Positions 13,391 to 27,618 of a DNA stretch of 64,000 nt are shown here, piece after piece. Below the pieces are notes generated by a model. That model saw nothing but the letters and a program-made list of their open reading frames with translations. It ran no database searches and was not told the origin of the DNA. The DNA lies in assembly GCA_951406725.2 (NCBI GenBank), contig OX597823.1, forward strand, positions 53,196,001 through 53,260,000, in the 5' to 3' direction. Numbering within the stretch: position 1 is the stretch's first letter; every line of letters starts with the position of its first letter. The translations under genes and the position numbers were made by a program. The stretch comes from Octopus vulgaris (taxonomy: Eukaryota).

Positions 13391-13801
13391 CGATAAGAAA
13401 TTTGTTTGACTGTAACGTAACTTCTTGTCCTTTTGTATGTATTTTTGCATGCATAAATGCATGTATGTATATATGTATATATGAGTATATGTATGTATAT
13501 ATGTATGCATGTACAAAGACACACACACAAACACACACACACACACACACACACATACACACAAACTCCAATAAATGCAACATGGACTATAAACTTCTTA
13601 AGAAAATACGGAATTACAGTATTTTCACGAATTTCAATGTCATGATTAGCGAAACGCGAAACCGGTTGACTATCAAAATATTCTATCCCTTAAATATATT
13701 TAAAAGATATAAATTGTGAGAATTTACCTTCTTTTAATATATATTTTTTCACTACAACTCACCACGTGCGGAATATATCTTCAACGAAATTCTTTTTTAT
13801 C

Positions 13802-13836
<35 letters not shown>

Positions 13837-13901
13837 CAAATATATATACATGTATGCATATATATATATGTATGTATATATGCATATATATATATATATA
13901 T

Positions 13902-13988
<87 letters not shown>

Positions 13989-14603
13989 TAGATATAGATA
14001 TAGATATATAGATATATATACATGTGTATATACTTGCGAAATATAAATACTTGCGAAAATTAAATGTTTCTTGTTTTTAAAGAAATTCATTTCGAAATAA
14101 AAAGAAAATTAATAACCTTATCAACTCATCTACCTTGAGAGTAATCCATTATTCTTTAAATTTCGCTTAAGAAAAGTTAGAAATATGTATTTGTTGGTCA
14201 TTGCAAAGATTTTTCATAAGCTACATTCTTCAAAATAAAAAGATAATACAAATAAAAAAGTATGTTTTTATCTCGATTCCACCCGATACACAAGTAACCT
14301 AAATGTCTCACAAGCATACTCCACTTCAGTTTCTTTCATTCAGAGATTTGAGAAATAGTTATGAGATTATTTTCAGCCATTTTAAAATTTTATTATTGAA
14401 CAGTTTGTCATGAATAAAAGACCTGTAATTTCCCCAAATGAAGTAAGTGACGCATCGGCAGTGTTCTATCACTGTTTTAACCGAATACTACCCCTTTCTC
14501 TTACTCTTTCCCTCTCTGTCTCTCTCTTTCTCCCTCTCTATGTATGTATATATGTATGTATATACACCTGTATTTCTCATCACAGTCGTTAATAACATTA
14601 AAC

Positions 14604-15747
14604 TACCACTTTCGAGAATAATTTGTTTTTCTTTAAAAAGAAGTATTAGAAAATGGAAAGAAATTAATGACCATCTATCATTAAGTATCTCTTAAGAAAA
14701 TTAACGACAAAATATTCAAATTTTTTCTGTTAAATTTGAATGTCTTACTTCCTTTATAATACTTCTAATGTGTTTATATTTGGGTAATTGCATGTAACTC
14801 TCAGTAGATTTTGGATTGGTCAAAGTTTTTTGTTGGTCCAAGTTAATTTAGTATACCCAGAGAATCCCAGAGCCATCCCGATTATCAAAATGATAAGATT
14901 CACTAAAATAATATTGCTTTCAAATTTTGGCACAAGGCAAGCGATTATTTGACCCCCAACATTTTTGGCCGGTACATATTTTACCGAACATGAAAAGTTG
15001 AAAGTCAAAGTCGACCTGGAGAAATTTCAATTCAGAACCAGAAGATGGACGAAATGCTGCTAAGCATTTTTCCCGCTGTATTAACGGTTCTGCTACCTCG
15101 CCGCCTTAAATTCACTAATAATATTGTATATGCAATGGTTGATTGCCAAAACCTCCTGTTTGACTTTTGTTGAATATAATATTGTATTCAAAAATAAAGA
15201 CAGACAGAAACAAATATATATTATCATCTATTCAAAGTTTATTTTATTTCAAAATGGTTTTAGCTTCAATTAATTAAATCTTTCTTTAAAAATTTGCTAT
15301 CATTTAAATGAAACAAAGTATTACCTTTTTCTAAACATATAAGAACGGGTCATACACTAATATAAATTGAGAAGAACAGGTCAGAAAGACATATGAGTAT
15401 ATGCATATATTTATATATATGTCTGCATAAGTGTATATATATATATATATATGAATGTTTGTATGTATGTATACATATATACGTATATACATTAATATAT
15501 ATATATATGTATATACACATATATGTATATATATATACACATACATGCATATATATATATGTGTATATATATATATATATATATACCACTTTCGAGAAAA
15601 AAAATTTTTCTTAAAAAAGAAGGGTTTATTAGAAAATGAAAGGAAATTACTGACCATCTATCATTAAATATCTCTTAAGAAAATTAACGACAAATACTCA
15701 TTTTTCTCTGTTAAAAATGACTTACTTTAAAATACTACTAATGTATT
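14604..15747 (+). repeat. ~165-bp direct repeat pair (14604-14775 and 15584-15747)
   Basis: Both copies share TACCACTTTCGAGAA...TATTAGAAAATG..TGACCATCTATCATTAA.TATCTCTTAAGAAAATTAACGACAAA...CTAATGT. Confidence 0.85.
14910..15110 (-). mobile_element. SINE family C (Nin/Deu-like domain)
   Basis: Minus strand reads AAGGCGGCGAGGTAGCAGAACCGTTA...GGTCGACTTTGACTTTCA...TGTGCCAAAATTTGAAA. Confidence 0.75.
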
Positions 15748-15849
15748 CATATGTATATGTGTCTATATATACATATGTTTATATATATACGTGTCAAAAA
15801 CAATATACATATATAGGTATATACATATGTATATAAATAAATATATGTA

Positions 15850-15907
<58 letters not shown>

Positions 15908-16199
15908 TATATACATGTGTGTACATATACGTAGGTACATATATATATATGTATAAACAGATGTAGATATACATATACATATGTACATATATATATATAA
16001 ACAGATATAGATAATAGATATGCATATACATATATATTTATATTGACTTTCATAATATTTTAAAAGACTATCAACAAGTATCTCAGAAATTAATGAATTC
16101 ACATTCCATTAAATATGATAAAAATGCAAACTGCGCGTACACTAACGCAACGCACGCACACACACACATACACACAGAAAAAAAACACACACACACATG

Positions 16200-16238
<39 letters not shown>

Positions 16239-16434
16239 ATATGTATGCATATATATAATTATAAATTAGGGCATCTACGAGGTAACACCATGCTGAAAAT
16301 AGCAGCCATGATCAGACTATAAAACCACCTTAATTGTCCATACCTTTGAAGGTTATTTTTTCCATGTTGACCACTTCATAAAATCGTTATTTTATTTTTA
16401 AATTAACGATCTTATCCTTATTTATATAAATATG

Positions 16435-16579
<145 letters not shown>

Positions 16580-16711
16580 TGATTGATATATGTATGTATG
16601 TATGTATGTATATATAAATACATATATATATGTATGTATGTATGTGTATATATATATATACATATACATATATTTATGTATATATATACATATATTTATA
16701 TATGTATATAT

Positions 16712-16776
<65 letters not shown>

Positions 16777-16980
16777 TATGTATATAAATACATATATATG
16801 TATATTCGTACAGATATACACTTACATAGATGTATATAATATATACATATACCTTGATATATATGTGTACATTATATAGAAATATATATATATATACATA
16901 TAATTATATATATATATATATGTATTTATGTGTGTGTGTGTGTATGTGTGTTTGCGTGTGTGTATAGACTATATATATAG

Positions 16981-17080
16981 ATGTAAAAACTTTCTCACCT
17001 TCCAAAGCGTTAAACTAATACACCTGTTTGTTGTTTACACACCTGTCTTCGTCTTCTGCTTTTAGTAAATTCCCACTATA
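16981..17080 (+). repeat. 3' fragment of the pLTR-like family also found at 34141-34292
   Basis: AGCGTTAAACTAATACACCTGTTT...TGTCTTCG.CTTCTG matches the reverse complement of 34150-34215. Confidence 0.7.
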
Positions 17081-17196
17081 TATGCATACATATATATTTA
17101 TATATACATACATACATATATACATACATACATATATACATACATATATATACAAACATGTATATTGGTACATACCTATATATATATATGTAAAAG

Positions 17197-17253
<57 letters not shown>

Positions 17254-17256
17254 AAG

Positions 17257-17315
<59 letters not shown>

Positions 17316-17328
17316 GTATAAGTATTTA

Positions 17329-17387
<59 letters not shown>

Positions 17388-18075
17388 ATATATGTATGTA
17401 TAAGTATTTATATATATATATATGCCCTTGCACATATATACATACATACATACATACATACATACATACATACATACATACATACATACATACATACATA
17501 CATACATACATACATGAGTAGGTACGTACATACATGCCTACCTACCTAAATAGATATGTGTGTGGTGTCTGCGTGTTTGCTTGCATGTATACATTTATGC
17601 ATCTGTGTACGTTTGTATACATGCACATATGCTTTAAACAATAGCAATATATTTTTTAAATATTATACTGTAATCCGACATTTATAAACAGACGTAGTCA
17701 TATAATGCCGCCTGAATATTTTCAGTGACCCAATGCAAACATATAATAAAGTATTACATTAATTAATCATCTATGCTAATGCAGGCTAAATTCCAACAGG
17801 AAACATAACGCTGCAATAATTACATGCATCCGAAACTTAAAATTTATATTGTTTTTATATATTTATTAGAAATAACAATGCTGAAATCTATGATTTCGTT
17901 TAATTTTCAAACTGAGAATTATGTAAATTGTAAATTTTTTGTGATAAATTTACTTACATGTTAGGGGAGTAATATATTTCGTCGATTTAGTCTTGAATGT
18001 TGTATATATATGCATGACATATATACATTTCATATTTCTGTATGTGTATCTTTATGTATATATATTTGTGTATAA

Positions 18076-18466
<391 letters not shown>

Positions 18467-18864
18467 TAGATAGATAGATAGACAGATAAGAGTCTAGAAC
18501 ATTTGCCCACCCTCAAGAATATTGCCCCTAAGATGATGATTTAAAACTTCTTAATACATTAGAGAGGGGGTAACTAACCGAGAGGGTTATTGTCATAGGG
18601 GTAGTTGCCTTCGAGGGGCATTGTCTTATGGGGGGAGGGAGTAATTGTCCTCAGCGGGTAATTGTCTTGGTACGATATATACATAGCTCCATACACACAT
18701 GCACACACACGCGCGCGCACACACACACAGACACACACACATATATTCAAATATGTGTGTGCATGTGTATGTGTGTGTATTGTGTGTATATGCGTGTGTA
18801 TGTGTGTGTGTACATGTGTGTGTGTGTGTATGAAACACGCTTTATATGTATGCATCATCGAATG

Positions 18865-19625
18865 GCCTGAAGCTGCTGTTTTCCGTCCAGAAAAAAGTAC
18901 CAGATTTCCTTTATAGATGTATTGTCTTAAAAAGGACCATATCGATCCATTTCTCGACAATACTGTAACTTGCAATGAAAAGTGGATTCTGTACAATAAT
19001 AAAAAAACGTTCTTCGCAGTGGTTGGACCATGATGAAGCACCGAAAACCATCCCTAAATGCGGGCTCTTCAAAAAGAAGGTTACGGTGACTGTTTGGTGG
19101 TATACTGCAGGACTCATCTACTATAATTTCTTAAAACCCAGAAAAACCATTACTGCAGAACCATATTGCCATGAAATTGCCAGTATGAATGAAAAACTAC
19201 TACTCCTCCATTCCAGACTGGTCAACAGAAAAGGGTCAATCATTCTTAATGACAATGCTCGACGACATGTTTCACTAATGACGCTCCAGAATTTGAGAGA
19301 ACTTGGCTACGAAGTTCTTCCTCGCCCAGCTTATTACCCAGAGCTTTCTCCTACCGACTATCTCTTTTTCAAGCACCTTGGTGTTTTCGCGCGAGAGAAG
19401 GAGCAAAAAATCAAACCGATACTGAAAATGCGTTCAAAGAGTTTATCAGCTCCAGAACTCCAGATTTTTATGTTACCAGAATAAACACACTCGTAACTCA
19501 TTGGCAAAAACGTGTTGATTGTAATGGTACTTACTTTGATGAATAAAATTTCCACATTGTTAAAGTATAATTGCGATGAATTTCGTGTTTCAAAACGTTG
19601 CTTACTTTTTACTCAGACTGATATA
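18865..19625 (+). mobile_element. Mariner (DD34D) transposon remnant, 5'-truncated
   Basis: PFLDNTVTCNEKWILYNN, KKVTVTVWW, ILNDNARRH and PRPAYYPELSPTDYLFF (the YSPDLAPSD motif), with a TIR-like end at ~19600-19625. Confidence 0.9.
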
Positions 19626-20339
19626 TCGCGTAGCCTGATTGCAGGTGTTCTAGTAGGTCTTTTAGAATATCAAGGATTATATATCAGTTATTTAAGCGGG
19701 TAGGGTATTATTTGAGGAAGGTTTAGTTGCTATCTCAAACAAGTAAGACTACGTAGAGGCCACGTCACTGATTCAATTAAGATATAATACACAACTGCAT
19801 AGAAATGCCTGGCACTAGGAGAGTACATCTACATGGTTACTCATCTTGCTAGACATTATAACCAAATCACCCTCAAACACATACTACAGTGTTAAAAAAT
19901 AGGATAGAGCAAAAATCCATGTCCTTAGATATTCAAAAACACTGGAAGATCACAGCAAAAACGCTTATCATCAGTGAAGCATCAAACAACATAGGCCTAG
20001 AGGATGACAAAAACTTTGGGGAAGCAGTTGAAATCTGCCAAAACTAAAAACACTGTTTAATAAAATTGTCTATCAAAATGAAATTGATGGCCTTCTGTCT
20101 TCATAAAAAAATATTATTTCCTACTTGGTGCAAAGACATTTCGTAATTATCGGCTTCAGTGAAATTCTAAAACAAAACGTCAAAGAGCGACGAAATTCGG
20201 TCACGAAGCCGACACATTATTGTTTGAGAACCCTTTTATCATTATCATCCCCATCATCATCATCATTATAATCATTATCATTGTTATACTTATTATTACT
20301 ATTATTGTTGTTGTTGTTGTTGTTATTATTATTATTATT

Positions 20340-20545
20340 AGAATTGCTAGCGCGCTGGGTGAAATGCGTATCGGCATTTCGCCCGTCGCTACGTTCTGAG
20401 CTCAAATTCCGCCGAGGTCAACTTTGCCTTTCATCCGTTCGGGGTCGATAAATTAAGTACCAGTAAAACACTGGGCCGATGTAATCCACTTGTCCCCTCC
20501 CCAACAATTTCAGACCTTGAGTCTATAGTAGAAAAGATTATCATT
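20340..20545 (+). mobile_element. SINE family C (Nin/Deu-like domain)
   Basis: CGTTCTGAGCTCAAATTCCGCCGAGGTCAACTTTGCCTTTCATCCGTTCGGGGTCGATAAATTAAGTACCAGT, followed by a (TTA)n tail. Confidence 0.85.
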
Positions 20546-20584
20546 ATTACTATTACTATTACTATTATTATTATTATTATTATT

Positions 20585-21195
20585 CTATGTTTGACTTTTG
20601 CTTTATGTCTGTACAAGTTGGCTCCAAGTCTCACCCAGAGACCTCAAGAGACAACAGGTTGGAAGTTCTGTGCCATATATTTGGGGGGGTTTTTTCCCCT
20701 TCTTTTTTTTTGGTGTTGTACTAGTGAATGTCTAATACATAAAAAAAAATAAATAAATAAAAAGTTTGTTTTAAACCTTGGGATTACATAGAGAGTATTT
20801 TGCGTAGGATATGAGCAGTTCCCATGAGCACTATCTTTTGAATTTCTGCCATTTTGGGGTTTCCTGGTATCTGAGTTAGGTAGCAATCAGTCCCTTTCGC
20901 TATCATTCCCAGGGCACCTATGACAACAGGTATTGTTTTAGTCTTCAGCTTCCACATTTTGCTGATTTCTATTTCAAGATCTTTATATTTGCTCAGTTTT
21001 TGGTAGGTCTTGACAGATACGTTTATATCGATTGGGACAGTCATATCAATGAGGAGGCATGTTCTTTGTCTGAAGTCTTTCAATATAATGTCTGGCCTAT
21101 TTGCATCTATCTTCCTGTCAGTTTGAATGGTGAAGTTCCAGAGGAGTGAGATGTGGTCATTTTCAAGCACAGGAGGTGGATTGTGTTCCCACCAG

Positions 21196-21197
<2 letters not shown>
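20585..21197 (-). mobile_element. R4/Dong-clade site-specific LINE, 5'-truncated (restriction-like endonuclease domain plus 3' UTR)
   Basis: Open frame WWEHNPPPVLEN..LLWNFTIQTDRKIDANRPDIIL..LIDMTVP..KLSKYKDL..PVVIGALG..ILRKILSM* (stop at 20784). (TAA)n lies on both flanks. Confidence 0.88.
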
Positions 21198-21282
<85 letters not shown>

Positions 21283-21297
21283 TTCATTATTATCATT

Positions 21298-21520
21298 AAT
21301 GCAGCGAGTTGACTGAGTCGTTAGCACGCTAAACAAAATGCGCTTAGCGGTATTTGATCCCTCTTCGCGTTCGGCGCTCAAATTCCGCCGAGATAGACTT
21401 TGCCCTTCATCCTTTCGGGGAAAGATAAAATAAGCACCGGTTGAATACTGAAATTGATGTAATCGACTGCACCGCTTCCCTTAATTTCAGGCTTTGTGCC
21501 TATAAAAGAAAGGATCTTTA
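21298..21520 (+). mobile_element. SINE family C
   Basis: GCAGCGAGTTGACTGAGTCGTTAGCACGC...CTCAAATTCCGCCGAG..GACTTTGCCCTTCATCCTTTCGGGG. Confidence 0.8.
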
Positions 21521-21879
21521 TTTTAAAATAGATTATGCTGACACCAAGTACAATCCAAATACATATACATATGCACAAGCACTCATACACACAGACATAC
21601 ACAAACACAGGCATACACGAATGTAAAATAACGAAAGAAATAACGCAGAGCCAACTTTTCCAATGTTCTAGCAATTTCGACTTGTGCTGGTACTTTATTC
21701 ATCGATCTCAAAAGATAGGATCAAGTTGACTTCAGCGGGACTTGAATTCAGAGTACAGAAGTGGGGACTTGAATTCAGAGTACAGAAGTGAAGGAAATGC
21801 TACTGGCTAAATTAGTGCTCGGCTAGTTCCTCAGTCGCCCCCTCACTCGCCCCCATCTTTCTCTCTCTCTTTCTCTCTT

Positions 21880-21923
<44 letters not shown>

Positions 21924-23022
21924 CCTTTCTATCACTCTAGGTCCAGGTTAGCCCTAATTTATTAAAACTATGATATATGTCACTCTGCCTGAAACCAACA
22001 TGTCTCTCTTACTTTCTGCATACACGCACACATATGTGACTGTATTCCACAACCCTGAAGGAGTCGGACTCCCGCTAGGTGCCTGCGAAACTTAAAGCAG
22101 CACAGAACCGAATCAAACTGTTTTAAATAATACATATAGATAGATGGATGAATAGATAGATAAATAGATAGATAGACATACATACAGACAGACAGATTGG
22201 TAGACAGACAGACAGATAGGTAGACAGATAGGTAGACAGACAGATAGATAGATAGACAGATAGGTTGATAGATAGACAGACAGACAGATAGGTAGATAAG
22301 AGATAGATATGTATATAATTATCGTATTCACTCAGCTCCATATGATTTAAATGAGCGGACCATCTCATCAGATAGAAGCTTCTTCCAAATCTTATTAAAA
22401 TATGGTACTGCTACCAAATGCTTCGAGTGTTTTTTTCGATTTTCCACACACTCGTGTGTGTGTGTGTGTGTGTGTATGCTTAATGCATACTATATCAACA
22501 CCAGACGGGCTCGGATTACTATAGATGATTGTACTGGATTTTTTAAGAATAAGTAAATCGAATTAAGAATCGGTTACAATGATTTAAAGGTCAAATTGCT
22601 GATATTTATTTTTATCTTTGCCGTATGTAGTCTTGCATCTAATATACTAAATGTATGTTTACTTAGGATTGTATCAGGTTATTTGACAATTTACAAAACA
22701 TTTTAATGTTTTACATCCTTTCATAATTTTGCAACAAACATCACTGACGGCAAAGAATGCTCATTAAAAAAATTCGTTCCACCATTCAGTGACGTTTAAG
22801 TTGCCGGTGAAGAAATCGAGATAGACGACAATGTAACTGAGATTGAGAGGATGAATTTGAGGCTGACAATGATGAATTTGGGGTTGACATTGATGAGACT
22901 GCTTTTGTTGATGACTAATCAGAGGCTAGACCATGTCCACACGCATATCTATGCATGTATAATTGTATATATGTATGTTTGTGTGTACATAAACATAAAT
23001 AGAAAGATATATATATATATAT

Positions 23023-23140
23023 GTAGGTCCCGGGTTGATTCGGGGTTAACCACAGTAAGTAAGGTACTCAAGAGCTTCCTGAAGATTTCTCTTGAATGAA
23101 ACAGTACTAGTCCTGTAGAAGCTCCTTCTATATAATAAAT
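23023..23140 (+). mobile_element. Second copy of the HHR-bearing pLTR-like family (inverted 3' end 23023-23070 plus forward HHR segment) in (TA)n
   Basis: 23023-23070 is the reverse complement of ~10356-10403. 23073-23140 matches 10267-10334. Confidence 0.85.
23072..23124 (+). ncRNA. Type I hammerhead ribozyme
   Basis: 7-bp stem I GAGCTTC/GAAGCTC, CTGAAGA at 23079-23085, GAAA at 23098-23101, stem III ACAG/CTGT with loop TACTAGTC, and GUA cleavage after 23117. Confidence 0.82.
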
Positions 23141-23298
23141 ATATATATATATATATATATACCTATACTTATATAGATATCACTATAGCTATTAGATAGA
23201 TATATGTGTGTGTGTGTGTGTGTGCGCGTGTGTGTGTGTGTGTGCGCGTGTGTGTGTGTGTGTGCGCGTGTGTGTGTGTGTGTGCGCGTGTGTGTGTG

Positions 23299-23366
<68 letters not shown>

Positions 23367-24050
23367 TGTGTGTGTGTGTGTGCGTGTGTGTGTGTGTGTG
23401 GAGAGAGAGAGAGAGAGAGGGAGAGAAAGAGATATATGGATAGAGAGAGAGAAAGAGAGGGGGAAGAGATAGATGGATAAATACATACATACATACATAC
23501 ATACATACATGCATACATACATATATGTATACATATATACATGCATACATACATAAGCAATGAATATGAAAGTGAGTAATTGGTACTTTATTGATCGATA
23601 AATAACGACTTAGAATAGAATGATTGGTCTTAATTTTGGCTAATATTGACGTACCATCCATATATGTTAGGCTGTATACGAACGATAAGTGAGCCGAGAT
23701 TTCATATGGCAACAAATACATACATAGGTACATATATATGATATATATATATATATATATATATGTGTATATTTATGTATTTTTATAATATATATATCAT
23801 ACATTTTTATTATGCATATATCATACATACATACCACCTTTAATTGCGTGTTACATATGTTTCCTTATAAGATAGGAGTTACACAATATGTAGTATAGAA
23901 TCGCCTATCCGTAATTATTCAGACAAAGATTAAAAAAATCTATATACATTGGATAAATGTGAAGATGTAGATGTGCTTCACGAAGACACAGCTTAAATTA
24001 TAAACCTTTATATTCCCTATATAGGTACGTACACACATACACAAACATAT

Positions 24051-24118
<68 letters not shown>

Positions 24119-24119
24119 G

Positions 24120-24426
24120 ATAAACATCGCCCTTTTCAAGCCTAGCCAGGCTCATGGGCCCGGTTTCCCGGATTCTGTGGCGTATGCGTTCCCCCCAGCT
24201 GGACGGGACGCCAGTCCATCGCAGCGTTACTCAAGGAACAGGAAGAAAGAGGGAGAGAAAGTTATGGCGAAAGAGTGCAACAGGGGTCGCCACCACCTCC
24301 TGCCGGAGCCTCGTGGAACTGTTAGGCGTTTTTGCTCAATAAACACACACAACGCCCGGCCTGGGAATCGAAACTGCGATCCTCCGACCGCGAGTCCGCT
24401 GCCCTAACCACTGAGCCATTGCGCCT

Positions 24427-24429
<3 letters not shown>
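24120..24429 (-). mobile_element. tRNA-derived SINE, family A variant, full length
   Basis: Head GGAGGCGCAATGGCTCAGTGGTTAGGG..GTTTCGATTCC. Internal CTGCGATGGACTGGCGTCCCGTCCAG is reminiscent of V-SINE domains (inference). Confidence 0.85.
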
Positions 24430-24465
<36 letters not shown>

Positions 24466-25993
24466 GAGAGAGAGAGAGAAAAAGAGATACATATGTGTAC
24501 GTGTACCGGTGCGTGCATTTGTTTGTGTGTGCGCGCATGCACGCGTGTGTGTGTGAGTGTTGTAAGTATATGCTTTAGGTTCTAGTGGTAGATTGATAGA
24601 AATTTATCTGAACAAGATATAAGTCAAAAGCCAGTGATTTGTGCTATTTACGACCTACTTAAATTGATGTGGTTCTCTGTGTTTTTCTCACAAAATAAAT
24701 CAATGCACGCCAAATTACTGTTTTACTATCGTCTTCGTATCAAGCTTTTGAATAGATGATCATCGCTGAACGAACACTTAAGGAAATCCGTTCAGCTGAA
24801 AATACAAAAATACTCTGAAAAAAATATTAGCAATCATTGGTAATTTTTCCATCAACTCTGAGATTGACCGTATCTGTAAAGGAGACAAGATTGCTCAGTC
24901 ATATTTTTTTAGTTGTTGTTAGTGGTCGTCGTCGTGGTTGTAGCAGTTGCAATGTTGTTTAGCAGCAAGTCAATCTTGACTGAGAAAAAAACTATGATTA
25001 AAGGCTCTCCAGCCGTGACCACCCCGTTTCATTTGACATAAGTATGACTCCCCACGCCCCATATATATTTTTAATTTGTTTATGACGCTGGAACTCGATT
25101 TGAAGGACATTTCGCAGCATTTTTTTTTATGAGTGAGCTACCATCATGCCGTGACTACCACGATTGGTTAAAGGTCGATTTAGTAGTTAATTTCAGCAGG
25201 TCGAATGCTCTTGTAAAGACACCTCTTCGTTGTTAATCTCGTTGTTTTTAATCCCTCGACAACGCTAAATGAGCAGATTTATGATGAGAGACTTTCCATC
25301 TGTGACTGTGCGGTCTTTTCCCTTTGTACAATGAACCCAGGGCGGCATTATCTAACGTGAACCGTTTTGAAGATGGTAGTGATGTGATTGCTGAATGATT
25401 TTGTTGCTACTTCTTGCGGGTCGAGCAACCGCATAGAGGCTCCTTCGTAACCTCATGAAGCGAGTTCAAATATTTCGAGTGTCATATGACATCACATAAA
25501 CATTATCTGCTATATAACCAGCTACAAATTAACATATAAACCAATGAACTTCTGAAAAATCTTCCAAAATATGATGATATCAAAAATGTGAAATGGCCGA
25601 GTTGATAGCGTATTGTAAAACGAGTACAACATACTGAAAATAGCAGCCAAATCTCCCGCAAGTCATACCTTCCCTTGATAATGTAATTCTAGAAAAAAAA
25701 ACACAAATTGCAAACAATGGGATTGCTACGGATTGAATACTTTTGGTTATAGGTCTACTTTAACTTTACTATACATGGTTCATTATCAGGCGAACCGCAA
25801 GTCTAAAAACATTTTTCGTTAAGTGTACCATTGAGAAATGGTACCAGCATGCAACAAGCAGGTTGGGGTTTGCCCATGAGTGATCTACAGCAAAACAACA
25901 GCATCGGTGATTTTAAAATATGTGTTTTGTATCTTCTTACCTCTGTTGCATTGTGTCCATGACAAAAATATCTACACCTAGGCAGCTCAGTCC

Positions 25994-26305
25994 ACAAGAT
26001 GGAATGGTAAACATCAGTTGAACTGCAAAATCAGTCTTATGTTTCGTAAGCGGATTGTGCTAATTTTACGTTTTCTTCCAGTCACTAATTAACAATCGGT
26101 CAACATCTTTAGTAATGAAAATCAAGGCTGCCCAGTTCACCTAACTGTTAGCTGGTACTACAAGATGGAATGGTAAATATCAGTTGAACTGCAAAATCAG
26201 CCGATGTTTCGTAAGCGGATTTTGCTACGTTTATATTTTTCTTCGAGTTACTAATTAAGAATCGGTCGAGATCTTTAGTAATAAAAACAGTTGAAATAAC
26301 TGCCT
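25994..26305 (+). repeat. Tandem duplication, period 166 bp
   Basis: ACAAGATGGAATGGTAAA.ATCAGTTGAACTGCAAAATCAG...GTTTCGTAAGCGGATT starts at both 25994 and 26160. Confidence 0.9.
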
Positions 26306-26309
26306 GTTA

Positions 26310-26712
26310 TTTCTTAGTCGTAGGACGGGAGTCATACAGGGGTACCGCCTTGAGGGGTTTAGTGGAATAAATCAACCCCCAGTACTGGTGTTTATTTTGT
26401 CGGCTACTTTTTCCGAAAAAGTAATCGAAAACACAAACGATCAGGAATGTAAACAAACTAACACCGCCTAACAAACAGTAGAGGGAACATACGCAAGCAC
26501 AAAGGCGCATGCACACAAATGCATATGACAAATATGTGTGTATGTGAGTGAGTGTGCATGCTTGGATGTATGTATGTATGTCGGGCTTCCGCAGTTTTCG
26601 TCCACTGAAATCACTCTCAAAGAATTAGTCGGACTAAAGTACCACTCAGTGGGATCAAACCCAGAACCATAAAGCTGCAAAGGGAGTTTCTTAGCCACAC
26701 AGCCATATCGGT
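26310..26712 (-). mobile_element. SINE family B, diverged
   Basis: Head GGCTGTGTGGCTAAGAAAC at ~26700 and tail AAGGCGGTACCCCTGTATGAC at ~26340. Confidence 0.7.
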
Positions 26713-27484
26713 GCCGAAGATTTTACCTCTTCTTCGTATTTTTAACCGGAAGTGAATCCGGTGCTGTATAATTTCATATATAAATCAACAACATTGATTA
26801 ACGTCAATTAACATATTCGGTAATGAAGACAGTTGAAATAACTACCGACCGTATTTTCCGTCATAAAAGTCAATGTAGCATATACAGTAAACATGTAGTG
26901 TAAACATTCAAACATTGTCACTATCTTTCCTGATATTTTTCACATGGATGTTTTAATCCACCAATGTCATCTTCATATATAAGTCGATCTACCTTTTTCC
27001 GCAGGAAATTTTGGTCTGCTAAATTCCACTTGCATTCCGGAAAATACGATATATCGATTGTTAATTGGTGTATCTTTAAAAAAGAGAAATCGTAAAATGA
27101 CGTCTGTGTGTTCTAGAGCGTCTGGTCTGAAGTGCTTACGGTGTGATTTCAGAAATATTCCCCAGCATTTTCGGACGATACTTTGTATGTTGACTTAACT
27201 ATAAATGTATGTATTTAAAAATGGAAAGGGCCATCTACATATAACAATTAACTAGCCGAGCTATAGAAAGGAGAGTCAGCATTCATTGACAAGGTTGCAA
27301 ATGCAACGAAAATTTTTAAAGACAAAATATAAATAATGAATGGAAATCGAACCGGTGGGTGTGTTAGATAATTAGGCATTAAGACAATATGACGCTCCCC
27401 AGACACAACACAAAGGAAATATATTAGAGAGATCAGGTAGGTAGATAGATAGGCGAACAAGCAAGCAGGTAGGCAAGCAGGCAA

Positions 27485-27618
<134 letters not shown>

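Noticed and set aside
17190-17420. Regularly spaced GTATAAGTATTTA units resembling a CRISPR-like array
   Set aside because: The spacers are pure (TA)n, so this is a higher-order microsatellite in eukaryotic DNA.
21737-21790. Exact 27-bp tandem duplication
   Set aside because: It is a local slippage duplication inside a decayed SINE, with no sign of function.
22800-22925. Short acidic reading (EEIEIDDN..DEFEADNDEFGVDIDETAFVDD)
   Set aside because: It needs a frameshift, has no splice signals or recognisable homology, and is at best a decayed TE fragment.
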